Assembly: GCA_025839675.1 (NCBI GenBank)
Contig: CP104013.1
Span: forward strand, 4,650,001 to 4,682,000
DNA from: Candidatus Lokiarchaeum ossiferum
GTDB lineage: Archaea; Asgardarchaeota; Lokiarchaeia; Sigyniarchaeales; Promethearchaeaceae
Direction: 5' to 3'
DNA: 32,000 bases
Shown here: piece by piece, positions 16,637 through 26,100 of the stretch
Layout: each line of letters starts with the position of its first letter
Position numbering within the stretch: the stretch's first letter is position 1
The notes under the pieces: model-generated
The model's input: only the letters and a program-made list of their open reading frames with translations
What the model was told of the DNA's origin: nothing
The model's database searches: none
Position numbers and translations under genes: made by a program

Positions 16637-17602
16637 TTATTTCAAATGATGTTTTATTATTCCTTTTTCCCAATAAGTAAAAATTTCTCTAAGAGGGGAT
16701 ATCATTTTCGCTTTTGGAAAGAAAATATCTTGGTCTAACAAAAGTTGCAGTTGTTCCTTCTGAGATAACTGATCAATATGCAATGTTCTAATAGCGTCAT
16801 CGACTTTCTTTTGATTATTTTCTATTTTTTTACGCATATAGTCAAAGGGGAATGAATTTTTTTTATAAACAATATATGAATGGGAAGAAGTCATAATTTT
16901 AGCCTCTTCCATAAATTTCTTCTCCAGCTTAGTAATATCTGCTTGATAAATGTCCAGATTACATTCGTCAAATCCATACCACGGGCCAAATCCTCTATTT
17001 AATTCTTTCGGATCTTGAAGATCAAAACCAACGCAACTGATATGCAATAATTGAATGTCTGGAAGAAAAAAACCGACATGCCCTACCGAATGTCCATATA
17101 ATGATATTGTCTCGATTTTCAATAGATCGAATACTAAAGTATTTCCGGACTTGAATGTTTGCGGTAAATTTTTGCATTCGTGGTATCCCATCATGGGAGC
17201 AAATTTTTCCACTATTTTTTTCTTGACTCCTTTATAAAAACCATAGTCTCCATAAAAATGGGTGACATCAACGAGTTTTTCTTTATGTTCATCGGGGCAA
17301 TGGATGGTGGCGCCTAATTCTTCCCATTTATAGACATTAGCAATATGATCCATATGTCCATGGGATATAATGTAATCAATTTTCGAGTATTGTGATAAGT
17401 TAAAGGTATCATAAACCAACATAATTTCTTTGGGTTCTAAGTTTAAATCAAGAATTACTGGTGTTTTATTTTTAGAGATGGATGGTAAAAGTAATATCCC
17501 ATCAGATCTTGTAAAATAACTGGAAGCTTTTATCTGATGAATGAAAAAGACTTCTGGAGTTAGTTGAGTTATTTCCAAATTCTCCAAATTTGGTAAATCC
17601 AT
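16637..17602 (-). CDS. MBL-fold metallo-hydrolase
   Basis: 321 aa. It has the HxHxDH motif ISHGHMDHI and later His ligands (YGHSVGH, TSSHS). A roughly 70-aa helical C-terminal extension follows. Confidence 0.8.
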   Translation of the reverse strand: MDLPNLENLEITQLTPEVFFIHQIKASSYFTRSDGILLLPSISKNKTPVILDLNLEPKEIMLVYDTFNLSQYSKIDYIISHGHMDHIANVYKWEELGATIHCPDEHKEKLVDVTHFYGDYGFYKGVKKKIVEKFAPMMGYHECKNLPQTFKSGNTLVFDLLKIETISLYGHSVGHVGFFLPDIQLLHISCVGFDLQDPKELNRGFGPWYGFDECNLDIYQADITKLEKKFMEEAKIMTSSHSYIVYKKNSFPFDYMRKKIENNQKKVDDAIRTLHIDQLSQKEQLQLLLDQDIFFPKAKMISPLREIFTYWEKGIIKHHLK

Positions 17603-17741
17603 TATTTAATATCAATATGGGGTGAATTTAAAAGTTAGTTTTCAAGATAACAGAAATGATAAAAATTGGCTTCTAAATTTTTCTTATAGTTACTCCACTT
17701 GAAATTAATTATAATAAAAACTTTTATTCAAGGTCAAAAAA

Positions 17742-18425
17742 ATGTCTTATCATACATGGAATTCATTTATGGGGTTATTTCAAGCCAATGATATTGTCTC
17801 AATGATTGTTGGGATAACTATTGCTGTGCTTGTGTCTATATTGGCGTTATGGCTTACTTTTCAAATATTAAAACTAACATTCTGGTCTCTAGCCGTGTTT
17901 TTCAGGGCTTTATTTTTGGGGTTAGCAATTTTACTTTATACTTTAATCTTAGTCTTCATAACGGCTCCAATTGGCATGATTTTTCAAGGGAAGAATTTAT
18001 TGGATATCATGAATGATTATGCTGAGAATCTCAAAGATATTGTTTACATATTTTATCCCGAATTAGAAAAATGGATCAACAAAAAGATAGTGAAATCTGC
18101 TCCTGTTGCAACGGTCCCAATCCGACAATCTCTTCCTGTTCGTATTCATCCAAAACGAACAATTCGACCAGTTAAAGTAGTAAAACCAATTGTACAATCT
18201 CCTCCTAAATCGAGAATGAATGAGATGGATGCAAAAACAATTATTGTTAAAAATCCTTCCGAATTGCAAACAAGTGCCGCTAAATTTTTCTGCACTGATT
18301 GTGGGTCTGAATTTACACCGATAATGAGCGGCTTATTACAAACTAAAAATACAGCATTTTGTCAAAAATGTGGAAAACGCTTCAATTATGAACATGGGCT
18401 ACCCGTGCCCGCTTCCAAAATCTAA
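17742..18425 (+). CDS. hypothetical membrane protein with C-terminal zinc ribbon
   Basis: 227 aa. Three hydrophobic helices are followed by a Pro/Val/Lys/Arg-rich linker (PVATVPIRQSLPVRIHPKRTIRPVKVVKPIVQSPPK). The C-terminal ribbon is CTDCG-x22-CQKCG. Confidence 0.55.
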   Translation: MSYHTWNSFMGLFQANDIVSMIVGITIAVLVSILALWLTFQILKLTFWSLAVFFRALFLGLAILLYTLILVFITAPIGMIFQGKNLLDIMNDYAENLKDIVYIFYPELEKWINKKIVKSAPVATVPIRQSLPVRIHPKRTIRPVKVVKPIVQSPPKSRMNEMDAKTIIVKNPSELQTSAAKFFCTDCGSEFTPIMSGLLQTKNTAFCQKCGKRFNYEHGLPVPASKI

Positions 18426-18518
18426 ACAACATTCTGCTACTTCATTTTAATCCCTTTCTTTTTTCTTCTTATTTCTAATTTAAAAAAACTTCTAATTTAC
18501 AGCTATATTTTCTAGTCT

Positions 18519-19154
18519 ATGAAGAAACGAATCGCGATCATTGATAATTTTGATAAAGAAAATGAGAAATTTAAAACCCGCTTTGACAACACATTGAAAG
18601 ATATAAGCAATATTGTGTCATGGAATTATTTTCATTATTCATCTGTAGGAGAATCGGCAATTATTGAAAAGATCATGAATTGTGATGGAATTATATTAAC
18701 CGGTTCCTACAATATGCTTTCCGAAGAATCTACTGTTCAAAAATATGCTTCAGTGACCAAGATACTTCACGACTACTCCAAACCCGTTTTTGGAATTTGC
18801 TTTGGTCATCAATTAATCGCTTCCCTTTATGGATTTGTAACTGGACCTCTAAACCATCCTGATGATGATATTGAGGATGAAAAGACACTTCTTTTAAACT
18901 TATTCTCCCCCTATGATTTAATAAAGGGAGATTCAATATTAGCTTACGAAACTCACCACCAAGAAGTCAAATATGTTCCAGAATATGAAAATGAATTCAA
19001 AATTTTTGCTTCAAGTGAGGTTTGTAAAATTCAATTGGTTAAACATAAAACTAGACCACTATATGGGGCGCAATTTCACCCCGAAAATCCATCTAATCCT
19101 GAAGCTTTGAAACAAGGGATAGAAATGATTCATAATTTTGTAAAATTATTGTGA
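18519..19154 (+). CDS. class I glutamine amidotransferase (GATase1) domain protein
   Basis: 211 aa. It has the nucleophile elbow GICFGHQLIA and the His-Glu pair in GAQFHPE. The acceptor or synthase partner cannot be determined from this window. Confidence 0.8.
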   Translation: MKKRIAIIDNFDKENEKFKTRFDNTLKDISNIVSWNYFHYSSVGESAIIEKIMNCDGIILTGSYNMLSEESTVQKYASVTKILHDYSKPVFGICFGHQLIASLYGFVTGPLNHPDDDIEDEKTLLLNLFSPYDLIKGDSILAYETHHQEVKYVPEYENEFKIFASSEVCKIQLVKHKTRPLYGAQFHPENPSNPEALKQGIEMIHNFVKLL

Positions 19155-19222
19155 ATGTGTGAATAGAAGTGTGATAAAAAAAATATAAATGAGTTATTGA
19201 AATACTTTTTTACTTATAGGAA

Positions 19223-20320
19223 TTATTTTTTCCCGTCTTTTATTTTAACTTTTTGTTCCCATTCTTCAAATTGTTGATCAAGTGCTCCAACAAAAGCATT
19301 CATATCTTCAACTACAATAATTTTCTCATCTATTTTAAATGGAATAGTTTTATTCCATCTAATTAATTTTTCGAAAAGCAAATCTTCATCAATATTAAGA
19401 CTTCTTCCAATTCGAGATATTTCAACACGTTGGGACATCTTCAAAATATCTTTGAATTTTTGCATTAATTCATAATCTGGATTTAATCCACTTTCAAGAA
19501 TATTGGAAGATTCTAATGATATATTATTTGTAGATTGAGTTTTACTTTCAACAATTTTCTTTTCTTCATCATTTTTCTTTCCACCTACATCGACTTTTGC
19601 CATAACCGCAACTATAATCCAGATAAGGTAGAGCAATAATATTCCCATAATTGAACCAGAATCACCTCCACCTTCACCTAAAAGATTTAAGATTGGTTCA
19701 ATACTAAGGATTCCCGCGATCGCAACGATGAGAAACATCCCAACTTTGCCCACATACATCCATAATAAGGTTTTTTTCATGGAATATTTAACCAAACCGA
19801 GGGGAACAAGCAGTAATGAATCGGGTAAAGGAGTTAGTCCAAAACACACAATGATTGCAGGTATTGCTTTTGGTTTTTTCATGATTAAACTTCCCCATTT
19901 ATCCGTTTTATCTGGATCTTCTTTGCTCATAACGTGACCCGCCCCTTTGCCAATTACATAATCTAAGAAATCTCCAATGGCATTTCCCAAAGCAGCGAAC
20001 ATAATCATTCCTGCAATTTTTAGAAGTGGATTCGAAATTGTGGTGGAATTATACCATGCTGAAGCAAATAAAGCAGCTGGGATGATATATGGGATTGGGA
20101 TTGGAATTAATGCTCCCAATACACTAACAATCATTAAAAATCCGATGGCTGTCCAATAATTAAAGCTCTCGTATTGATCTGATCCTAACAAATTGGTAAT
20201 ATCAAATACTTGTGCAAAATCAGGATTTAATAATATGATCGGGGTCAAGATAATTAGGATTATCAAAAATATTATGAGAAACCAATCGATTTTTTTAATT
20301 TCGTAGTTCTTGATTTTCAT
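19223..20320 (-). CDS. DedA/VTT (TVP38/TMEM64-like) membrane protein with soluble C-terminal winged-helix-like domain
   Basis: 365 aa. The polytopic N-terminal 250 aa contain a GNAIGDFLDYVIGKG block and a re-entrant-like GLTPLPDSLLLVPLG segment typical of VTT/DedA domains. The C-terminal 110 aa are polar, and the stretch QRVEISRIGRSLNIDEDLLFEKLIRW...IVVED looks like a winged helix. Confidence 0.55.
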   Translation of the reverse strand: MKIKNYEIKKIDWFLIIFLIILIILTPIILLNPDFAQVFDITNLLGSDQYESFNYWTAIGFLMIVSVLGALIPIPIPYIIPAALFASAWYNSTTISNPLLKIAGMIMFAALGNAIGDFLDYVIGKGAGHVMSKEDPDKTDKWGSLIMKKPKAIPAIIVCFGLTPLPDSLLLVPLGLVKYSMKKTLLWMYVGKVGMFLIVAIAGILSIEPILNLLGEGGGDSGSIMGILLLYLIWIIVAVMAKVDVGGKKNDEEKKIVESKTQSTNNISLESSNILESGLNPDYELMQKFKDILKMSQRVEISRIGRSLNIDEDLLFEKLIRWNKTIPFKIDEKIIVVEDMNAFVGALDQQFEEWEQKVKIKDGKK

Positions 20321-20366
20321 AAAAAAAGGTAGGATAACTGATGTTAAAAGATTTTTCTTTCAGATA

Positions 20367-21497
20367 TTATTTTTCGCCAATATTGAAATTCTCTTTAACG
20401 TATTGTTCCAACCGTGTTAAGGCTTCCGGCATATTTTTCCGACCAAATCCGATTCGAAAATGTTTCTCATCAAATTCATATAGTGGACTCGGTAAGAGGA
20501 GCACTCCTTGTTTTTCGACCAAATCGAGACAAAAATCGGTCACATTTTGATCAAATTTAATCTTTACAAAGCCAATGGAACCCGCTTTGGGTCGAATCCA
20601 TTCGAATAGCTGCTTATATTTTATAAAGAAGGAATCCAAAAGTTGCAAATTAGCGTTGATTATATTCAAATTACGTTGGAGAATTTTGGATTTATTTTTT
20701 AAAGCAATTTTAGCTAAAAATTCACTGGGGGCACTATTACAAATCGTTGTATAATCTTTAAATGCTCGCATTTGTGCTAAGAGTGCCATATCTTTGGTCG
20801 CAACCCATCCAATTCGAAGACCTGCCAATCCAAATGCTTTGGACATAACTCCCAGTGAGATTCCTTTGGAATAAATATCCGCAATGGCGGGTAAGCGATC
20901 CATTTCCTGATATTCTAAATAACGATAAACTTCATCTACAAAAAGATAAAGGTCATTTTTTTGGGCAAACTCAACAATCTGTGATAATTTTTCCGAAGAT
21001 ATAGTCATTCCCGTGGGATTATGGGGAAGATTTATGATAATTGCTTTAGTATTATCTCTCAAATTTTTATGTAAAAAATCAAGATTTAATCCCCATTGCA
21101 ATTTTTCATCTAATTTCCAGAGTGATACTTCACACCCCATGGCTTTCTCAATTTCATACAAAGATTGGTAAGCTGGAAATTGGACAATAATGTGATCATT
21201 TTTATCAAGCAATGTGTTTAAAAACACAAAAATCCCTTCTTGGGCTCCAGCAAAACAAAAAATCTCATCTTTTGATAGAGTGCTGTAGAGATTGGCGATT
21301 TCGGTGCGTAATTCCGGATCTCCTTCGGATTCGGTGTAGCCTAACCAATGATCAAAGAATTTATCGCGACTATTTTCCTCAAGATTCAATAATTCTTGAA
21401 TGGAAAATGATTCACAATCGGATGAAGAGAGGAGATAGGGGGATTTGAATTCATATTTTGCAAAATAACGTTCCAATTTGAATGGGCTTATCTTCAT
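20367..21497 (-). CDS. PLP-dependent aminotransferase, class I/II fold
   Basis: It has NLPHNPTGM and the Schiff-base lysine block MSKAFGLAGLRIGW. The track ORF reaches 21563. The Met at 21497 (MKISPFKLERYFAKYEF) matches the usual N-terminus of this family and removes the overlap with the divergent gene. Confidence 0.85.
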   Translation of the reverse strand: MKISPFKLERYFAKYEFKSPYLLSSSDCESFSIQELLNLEENSRDKFFDHWLGYTESEGDPELRTEIANLYSTLSKDEIFCFAGAQEGIFVFLNTLLDKNDHIIVQFPAYQSLYEIEKAMGCEVSLWKLDEKLQWGLNLDFLHKNLRDNTKAIIINLPHNPTGMTISSEKLSQIVEFAQKNDLYLFVDEVYRYLEYQEMDRLPAIADIYSKGISLGVMSKAFGLAGLRIGWVATKDMALLAQMRAFKDYTTICNSAPSEFLAKIALKNKSKILQRNLNIINANLQLLDSFFIKYKQLFEWIRPKAGSIGFVKIKFDQNVTDFCLDLVEKQGVLLLPSPLYEFDEKHFRIGFGRKNMPEALTRLEQYVKENFNIGEK

Positions 21498-21531
21498 AAG
21501 AAGAACTAATAAAAAAAACCATTTGAGTGTT

Positions 21532-21545
21532 TGCTTTAAAAAGCA
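21532..21545. promoter_or_regulatory. palindromic TATA-like element in a divergent promoter
   Basis: TGCTTT-aa-AAAGCA. The core TTTAAAAA is centred about 26 nt upstream of the HerA-like ATG (21565). That spacing is consistent with an archaeal TATA box driving a leaderless transcript. Confidence 0.3.
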
Positions 21546-21564
21546 GTTACAGTATACAAGCACT

Positions 21565-23313
21565 ATGAATCGAGTGATTTCGGCGATATCAAAATCATCT
21601 AATCCGTTAAGATCTATAGGTGTGGTAATTTCAAATTCCGATGGAAATTCCCCTCAAATTTTGCATTATTCATTCATTTTAACTCAAGATGGTCTCCAAA
21701 AGAAAAATTTTGTGCTTCACGGACAATATTGCATTGTAGATTCATTGGAAGGTTTTGTTTTAGGTGTGATTGAACAGATCCGTGTCGACAATCAATATTT
21801 TACCAATCATCAAACGGTCAAAAGCTTCGATATTGCTCAAGTTGATCTTCAAGCCTTCTTTCCCAGTGATCAATGGGAATGCCATATTGCTGAAGTCAAA
21901 GTATTGGGTGTGATCAAATCCGATGTCATTTTTTCTGAAGATATTTTACCCGATTCATTTGAGAGAATTGATAAAGTTGGATTTCCTGTAAAACCAGGAA
22001 ATCGAGTCTATTTAATGCACGAATCTTATCTCCAGCATTTTTTGGGGGTAAATGAGACTGGTTTGAACATTGGACATCTGAAAAATTATCAGATGGATGT
22101 TCATTTAGACGTCAATCGCTTATTTAATAAACATCTGGCTATTCTGGCTCAAAGTGGAGCAGGAAAAAGTTATCTTCTGTCGGTATTAGTGGAAGAACTT
22201 TTATTACGGTCTAATGAACAAGGGACTCCCGCGCTGGTGCTAATTGATGTACATGGAGAATATCGATTTTTAAAAGCGAAACTTGCAGATGATCTAAAAG
22301 AATCCCCTTCGTTAAATGAATCAATTCGGTCAATTCAAAACAAAATCCAATTGTTTAATGCATCTTTTTTGCAAATAGGTGTTCCTGATCTGAATGCATA
22401 TGATTTTCAGCGGTATCAGCCTGGAATTTCAGTTCCTCAACTCCGAGAATTACGGAAAGCCATTACATTTTGTAAAAAAAAATATATTTATCGGCGAGAA
22501 TCCACAACCGATACCTTATCTGATGATATGCCAAAGGGCTACGATATTTCAGATATCATTGAGGTTTTAGTAGGAGATGTTGATATAAATTCTAAAACAC
22601 GGGATACTTTAATCGGTTGGCTTGAAGATCTTAATCATTTGGGGATTTTTGCTAAATATAAATCTCCTGGATTAGATGAATTGGTACGAGTTGGAGAGTT
22701 ATCTATCATCGATCTATCTTCAATGATCTCCATGAGAAAAAAGCAAATTTTGGTCCATTATTTTTCTTCCACCCTTTTTCAAGCACGTAGGAACAATTTC
22801 ATCTCTCCATTTATTCTCTTTTTAGAAGAAGCCCATAATTTTCTCCCCGAAACAGGAAGTAAATTTGCAGTTGCTAAATCTATTTTAGAAACAATTGCGC
22901 GAGAAGGACGAAAATTTTATGCACAGCTTGTTCTTGTATCTCAACGTCCGGTCCATTTAAGTACTACGGCATTATCTCAATGTAATACGCAGATTATCAT
23001 GCGAGTGACCAATCCTTACGATTTAAATCATATTAAATCGACTTCTGAAGCAATCACGAAAGAAGCTCTTGGGATGATAAGTACTCTTCCGACTGGAAAT
23101 GCATTGGTAATGGGTGCGGCATTGAATTTTCCAATTTTTCTCGCAGTAAGAAAACGCCTGCTCCCCAACAGACAAAATGAAGAATGCTTATCTTCTGTGT
23201 CAAAACGGTTTATTAAAAAAGATCTCCAGCATGCTCTTGAAGATTTGAAATCAACAAGAATTACAGACCATTTCATTGCTGAAAAACTGGTTAAATCCAG
23301 TACAAATGAATGA
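21565..23313 (+). CDS. HerA/FtsK-class (DUF87) hexameric ATPase
   Basis: It has Walker A AILAQSGAGKSY, Walker B ILFLEEAHNF, and the sensor/Arg-finger region LVSQRP. The N-terminal beta-rich region is consistent with a HAS barrel. The track ORF starts at 21478. I prefer ATG 21565, which is preceded about 26 nt upstream by TTTAAAAA. Confidence 0.8.
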   Translation: MNRVISAISKSSNPLRSIGVVISNSDGNSPQILHYSFILTQDGLQKKNFVLHGQYCIVDSLEGFVLGVIEQIRVDNQYFTNHQTVKSFDIAQVDLQAFFPSDQWECHIAEVKVLGVIKSDVIFSEDILPDSFERIDKVGFPVKPGNRVYLMHESYLQHFLGVNETGLNIGHLKNYQMDVHLDVNRLFNKHLAILAQSGAGKSYLLSVLVEELLLRSNEQGTPALVLIDVHGEYRFLKAKLADDLKESPSLNESIRSIQNKIQLFNASFLQIGVPDLNAYDFQRYQPGISVPQLRELRKAITFCKKKYIYRRESTTDTLSDDMPKGYDISDIIEVLVGDVDINSKTRDTLIGWLEDLNHLGIFAKYKSPGLDELVRVGELSIIDLSSMISMRKKQILVHYFSSTLFQARRNNFISPFILFLEEAHNFLPETGSKFAVAKSILETIAREGRKFYAQLVLVSQRPVHLSTTALSQCNTQIIMRVTNPYDLNHIKSTSEAITKEALGMISTLPTGNALVMGAALNFPIFLAVRKRLLPNRQNEECLSSVSKRFIKKDLQHALEDLKSTRITDHFIAEKLVKSSTNE

Positions 23314-23340
23314 AAAATCGCTTTATTAGGGGGATAATCC

Positions 23341-23637
23341 TTAATGCATAAATTTGCGAACTTCGTTCTTGATTTCATCCGTGAAACGAGCATTTCTGCT
23401 TATTTCTACTTTACTTACATCTTTCTTAATCGGAATGACGTGAACATAGCTGCGAACTTCAAGCTTGAATAATGCTTCCATCATTTCAGATTTTGCAAAA
23501 TCCTGATATTTATTTGCCAATTGTCGATATAAGTCTGATGTGAGAATTTCGCCACGATTTGTCAATAATAATTGAACAATTTCTTTTTCTAATGGTATAG
23601 GTTGCCATAATTTTGTTTTTTTTGCCATGAAAGTCAC
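23341..23637 (-). CDS. hypothetical small protein, winged-helix-like
   Basis: 98-aa ORF. The pattern EKEIVQLLLTNRGEILTSDLYRQL...EALFKLEVRSYVHV resembles a wHTH. No specific family recognised. An alternative Met start lies 9 nt downstream. Confidence 0.45.
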   Translation of the reverse strand: MTFMAKKTKLWQPIPLEKEIVQLLLTNRGEILTSDLYRQLANKYQDFAKSEMMEALFKLEVRSYVHVIPIKKDVSKVEISRNARFTDEIKNEVRKFMH

Positions 23638-23776
23638 AATTTTAAATATTGATTTTAATTAGAAACATTGCGTAGTTACTTGAAAAATGAAGGTAGTTAA
23701 TATGAGTTAAAAAAATTCAAGTTAGTAAATGGATGCATTTAAAAAAATCTTCTGGTTTCTTGGTCATTTTTAAACC

Positions 23777-23785
23777 AAAAAAAAA
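23777..23785 (-). terminator. oligo-T tract downstream of cdc48
   Basis: An A9 run on the + strand gives T9 on the coding strand, starting 9 nt after the cdc48 stop (23794-23796). Archaeal termination commonly uses oligo-T tracts. Confidence 0.4.
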
Positions 23786-23793
23786 GGAGATTC

Positions 23794-26034
23794 TTATGTG
23801 TACAAATCTCGTCCTTTTCGAGCACCTGCGCTACCGATTTTACGACTTCTCAAAGCATCCTCAAATTTTTCGTAAGATTCGCAAACTTCTTGCGATGCAC
23901 TTGGATGCATTTCTTCCAATGCCATTTCAAAGTGGATGTTGTGGATTGTTTCTCCTCGGATATTTTCCCGTAATGCACGAATTGCAGCTTCTCGACATAA
24001 TGATTCTATATCTGCTCCAGTAAAGAAATCTGTTTTGAGAGAGAGCTCATGAAGTTTCACATCGTCGTCAAGAGGCATTCCTTCTGTAAATATCTCGAAG
24101 ATTGCTTCTCGATCTTCTGGACCTGGAGGTGGTACATAGGCGAGTCGATCTATTCTTCCTGGTCGCATTAAAGCGGGATCCAAGATGTCTGGGCGGTTGG
24201 TGGCTGCAATGAGGATTATTTCTTTCGCTTGAGCTAACCCATCAAGTTCTGTAAGCAATTGAGAAATCACTCGCTCGGTCACACCTGAATCGGTACCTCC
24301 ACTTCCACGTCTGGGGGCGATTGAATCTAATTCATCAAAGAAAATTATACAAGGTGCTGCTAGTTTAGCTTTACGAAATACTTCTCGAACTGCTTTTTCA
24401 CTCTCTCCCACCCATTTGGATAATAACTCGGGTCCTTTAATTGAAATGAAATTAGCTTCTGATTCTGTGGCAACTGCCCGTGCAAGTAGTGTTTTTCCAC
24501 AACCAGGTGGTCCATATAACAAAACACCTGTCGGGGGTGCAACACCCATCCGTAAATAGGCTCCCGGGTTTTTTATTGGCCATTCTACTGATTCTATAAG
24601 TTGTTGTTTAGTATATTCCAACCCTCCGACATTACTCCAATGAACGCTGGGTATTTCTATAAAAACTTCTCGAATCCCAGATGGAATTATTTCCTTGAAT
24701 GCTTTATCGAAATCGTCTTTTTCTACAAACATATGATCTAAAATATCTGGATCCACTTCTTCATCCTCAAGATTAATCTCTGGCAAATATCTTCGAAGAG
24801 CACACATTCCCGTTTCTCTTACTAAACTTGCAATATCTGCTCCAACATATCCGTGAGACACTCTTGCAACTTCTTGTAACTTAACATCTTCGTCTAATGG
24901 CATTTTACGTGTGTGAATTTGTAAGATTTCCAATCTCCCATTTTCTCCCGGAACTTTAATCTCTAATTCACGATCAAATCGACCAGGACGTCTTAACGCG
25001 GGATCTACTGCATTTGGACGATTTGTTGCTCCTATTATAACAACCCTTCCGCGACTTTCTAATCCGTCCATCAAAGCCAGCAATTGTGCAACAACCCGTC
25101 GTTCAACTTCCCCTGTGACATTTTCCCGTTTGGGTGCAATCGCATCAATTTCATCAATAAATATTATGCTGGGATTTTTCTCTTCCGCTTCTTTAAACAA
25201 TCCACGCAATTTTTTCTCCGATTCTCCATAAAATTTACTCATTATCTCGGGACCATTGATTGAGATGAAATGTGCTTGGCTCTCGTTAGCTACTGCCTTT
25301 GCTAATAATGTTTTACCACATCCTGGAGGACCTCGTAGTAGAACACCTTTTGGCGGGTCAATTCCTAAGCGTTTAAATAATTCAGGGTGTTTTAAAGGAA
25401 GTTCCACCATTTCCCGAACAAGTTGAATTTCCCTATCCAAACCACCAATATCTTCATAGGTGATATAGGCGATTCCTTGAGGGATTTCATCGACAGTTGA
25501 TTCATTTATTGATAAAATTGTTGATTGTTTAACTAAAGATATTCCTGCAGGTTTAATTGATGTTATTCGGAAAACAATTTCTTTCGTCATTCCAATATTA
25601 ATATAAATTAGATCTCCTTTTGTGATTGGAAAATTTAAAAGTTTTCTTTTGACAAAACTCTCAAAACGTGTATTTGGTTTAATCTTTAATGATATTGGAG
25701 CTAATACAACGGATTTAGCAATGGCTTCTTCTACCTTTAAAATGTTCACAAATTCATCTATGCCAATATTTGCATTTTTTCTAACTCTGCTATCAATTCT
25801 GATAATGCCTAGTCCTTGATCTTGAGGATAGGCTGGCCACGCAATCGCTGCGGTGGATTGTTCTTTTCCTTGAATTTCTATAATGTCACCAGTGTTGACG
25901 TCTAAATCTTTCATAGTCGCACTATCGAGTCGAATAATAGATCTTCCAACATCTCTCTTGCGTGCTTCTTGCACTTTCAATTTGATCCGTCGAAATCCAT
26001 TAGGGTTTTTACTAGGTTCTCCATCCATGCTCAT
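23794..26034 (-). CDS. cdc48: Cdc48/VCP-type AAA+ ATPase
   Basis: 746 aa. An N-terminal Cdc48 N-domain-like region is followed by two AAA modules ([21 protein letters not shown] and [21 protein letters not shown]). It ends ...GRDLYT, which fits a hydrophobic-Tyr-X (HbYX) tail. Confidence 0.95.
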   Translation of the reverse strand: MSMDGEPSKNPNGFRRIKLKVQEARKRDVGRSIIRLDSATMKDLDVNTGDIIEIQGKEQSTAAIAWPAYPQDQGLGIIRIDSRVRKNANIGIDEFVNILKVEEAIAKSVVLAPISLKIKPNTRFESFVKRKLLNFPITKGDLIYINIGMTKEIVFRITSIKPAGISLVKQSTILSINESTVDEIPQGIAYITYEDIGGLDREIQLVREMVELPLKHPELFKRLGIDPPKGVLLRGPPGCGKTLLAKAVANESQAHFISINGPEIMSKFYGESEKKLRGLFKEAEEKNPSIIFIDEIDAIAPKRENVTGEVERRVVAQLLALMDGLESRGRVVIIGATNRPNAVDPALRRPGRFDRELEIKVPGENGRLEILQIHTRKMPLDEDVKLQEVARVSHGYVGADIASLVRETGMCALRRYLPEINLEDEEVDPDILDHMFVEKDDFDKAFKEIIPSGIREVFIEIPSVHWSNVGGLEYTKQQLIESVEWPIKNPGAYLRMGVAPPTGVLLYGPPGCGKTLLARAVATESEANFISIKGPELLSKWVGESEKAVREVFRKAKLAAPCIIFFDELDSIAPRRGSGGTDSGVTERVISQLLTELDGLAQAKEIILIAATNRPDILDPALMRPGRIDRLAYVPPPGPEDREAIFEIFTEGMPLDDDVKLHELSLKTDFFTGADIESLCREAAIRALRENIRGETIHNIHFEMALEEMHPSASQEVCESYEKFEDALRSRKIGSAGARKGRDLYT

Positions 26035-26100
26035 TTTAAATTCTCATCTTCTTATAATCAATTTGTTCGTAAAGGTTTTTTGATCCTTTTATTTCTTCAA

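Noticed and set aside
18473-18499. A 10-bp direct repeat, TTCTAATTTA, occurs twice with starts 17 nt apart, upstream of the GATase1 gene.
   Set aside because: It is very AT-rich and overlaps the probable TATA region. Chance repeats of this kind are expected at this base composition, and there is no supporting palindrome or conservation evidence.
23638-23793. A 7-bp inverted repeat (ACTTGAA at 23677-23683, TTCAAGT at 23716-23722) and GTAGTTA direct repeats lie between cdc48 and the 98-aa ORF.
   Set aside because: The arms are short, the loop is 32 nt and A-rich, and the stability would be marginal. The T9 tract nearer the cdc48 stop is a simpler explanation for termination.
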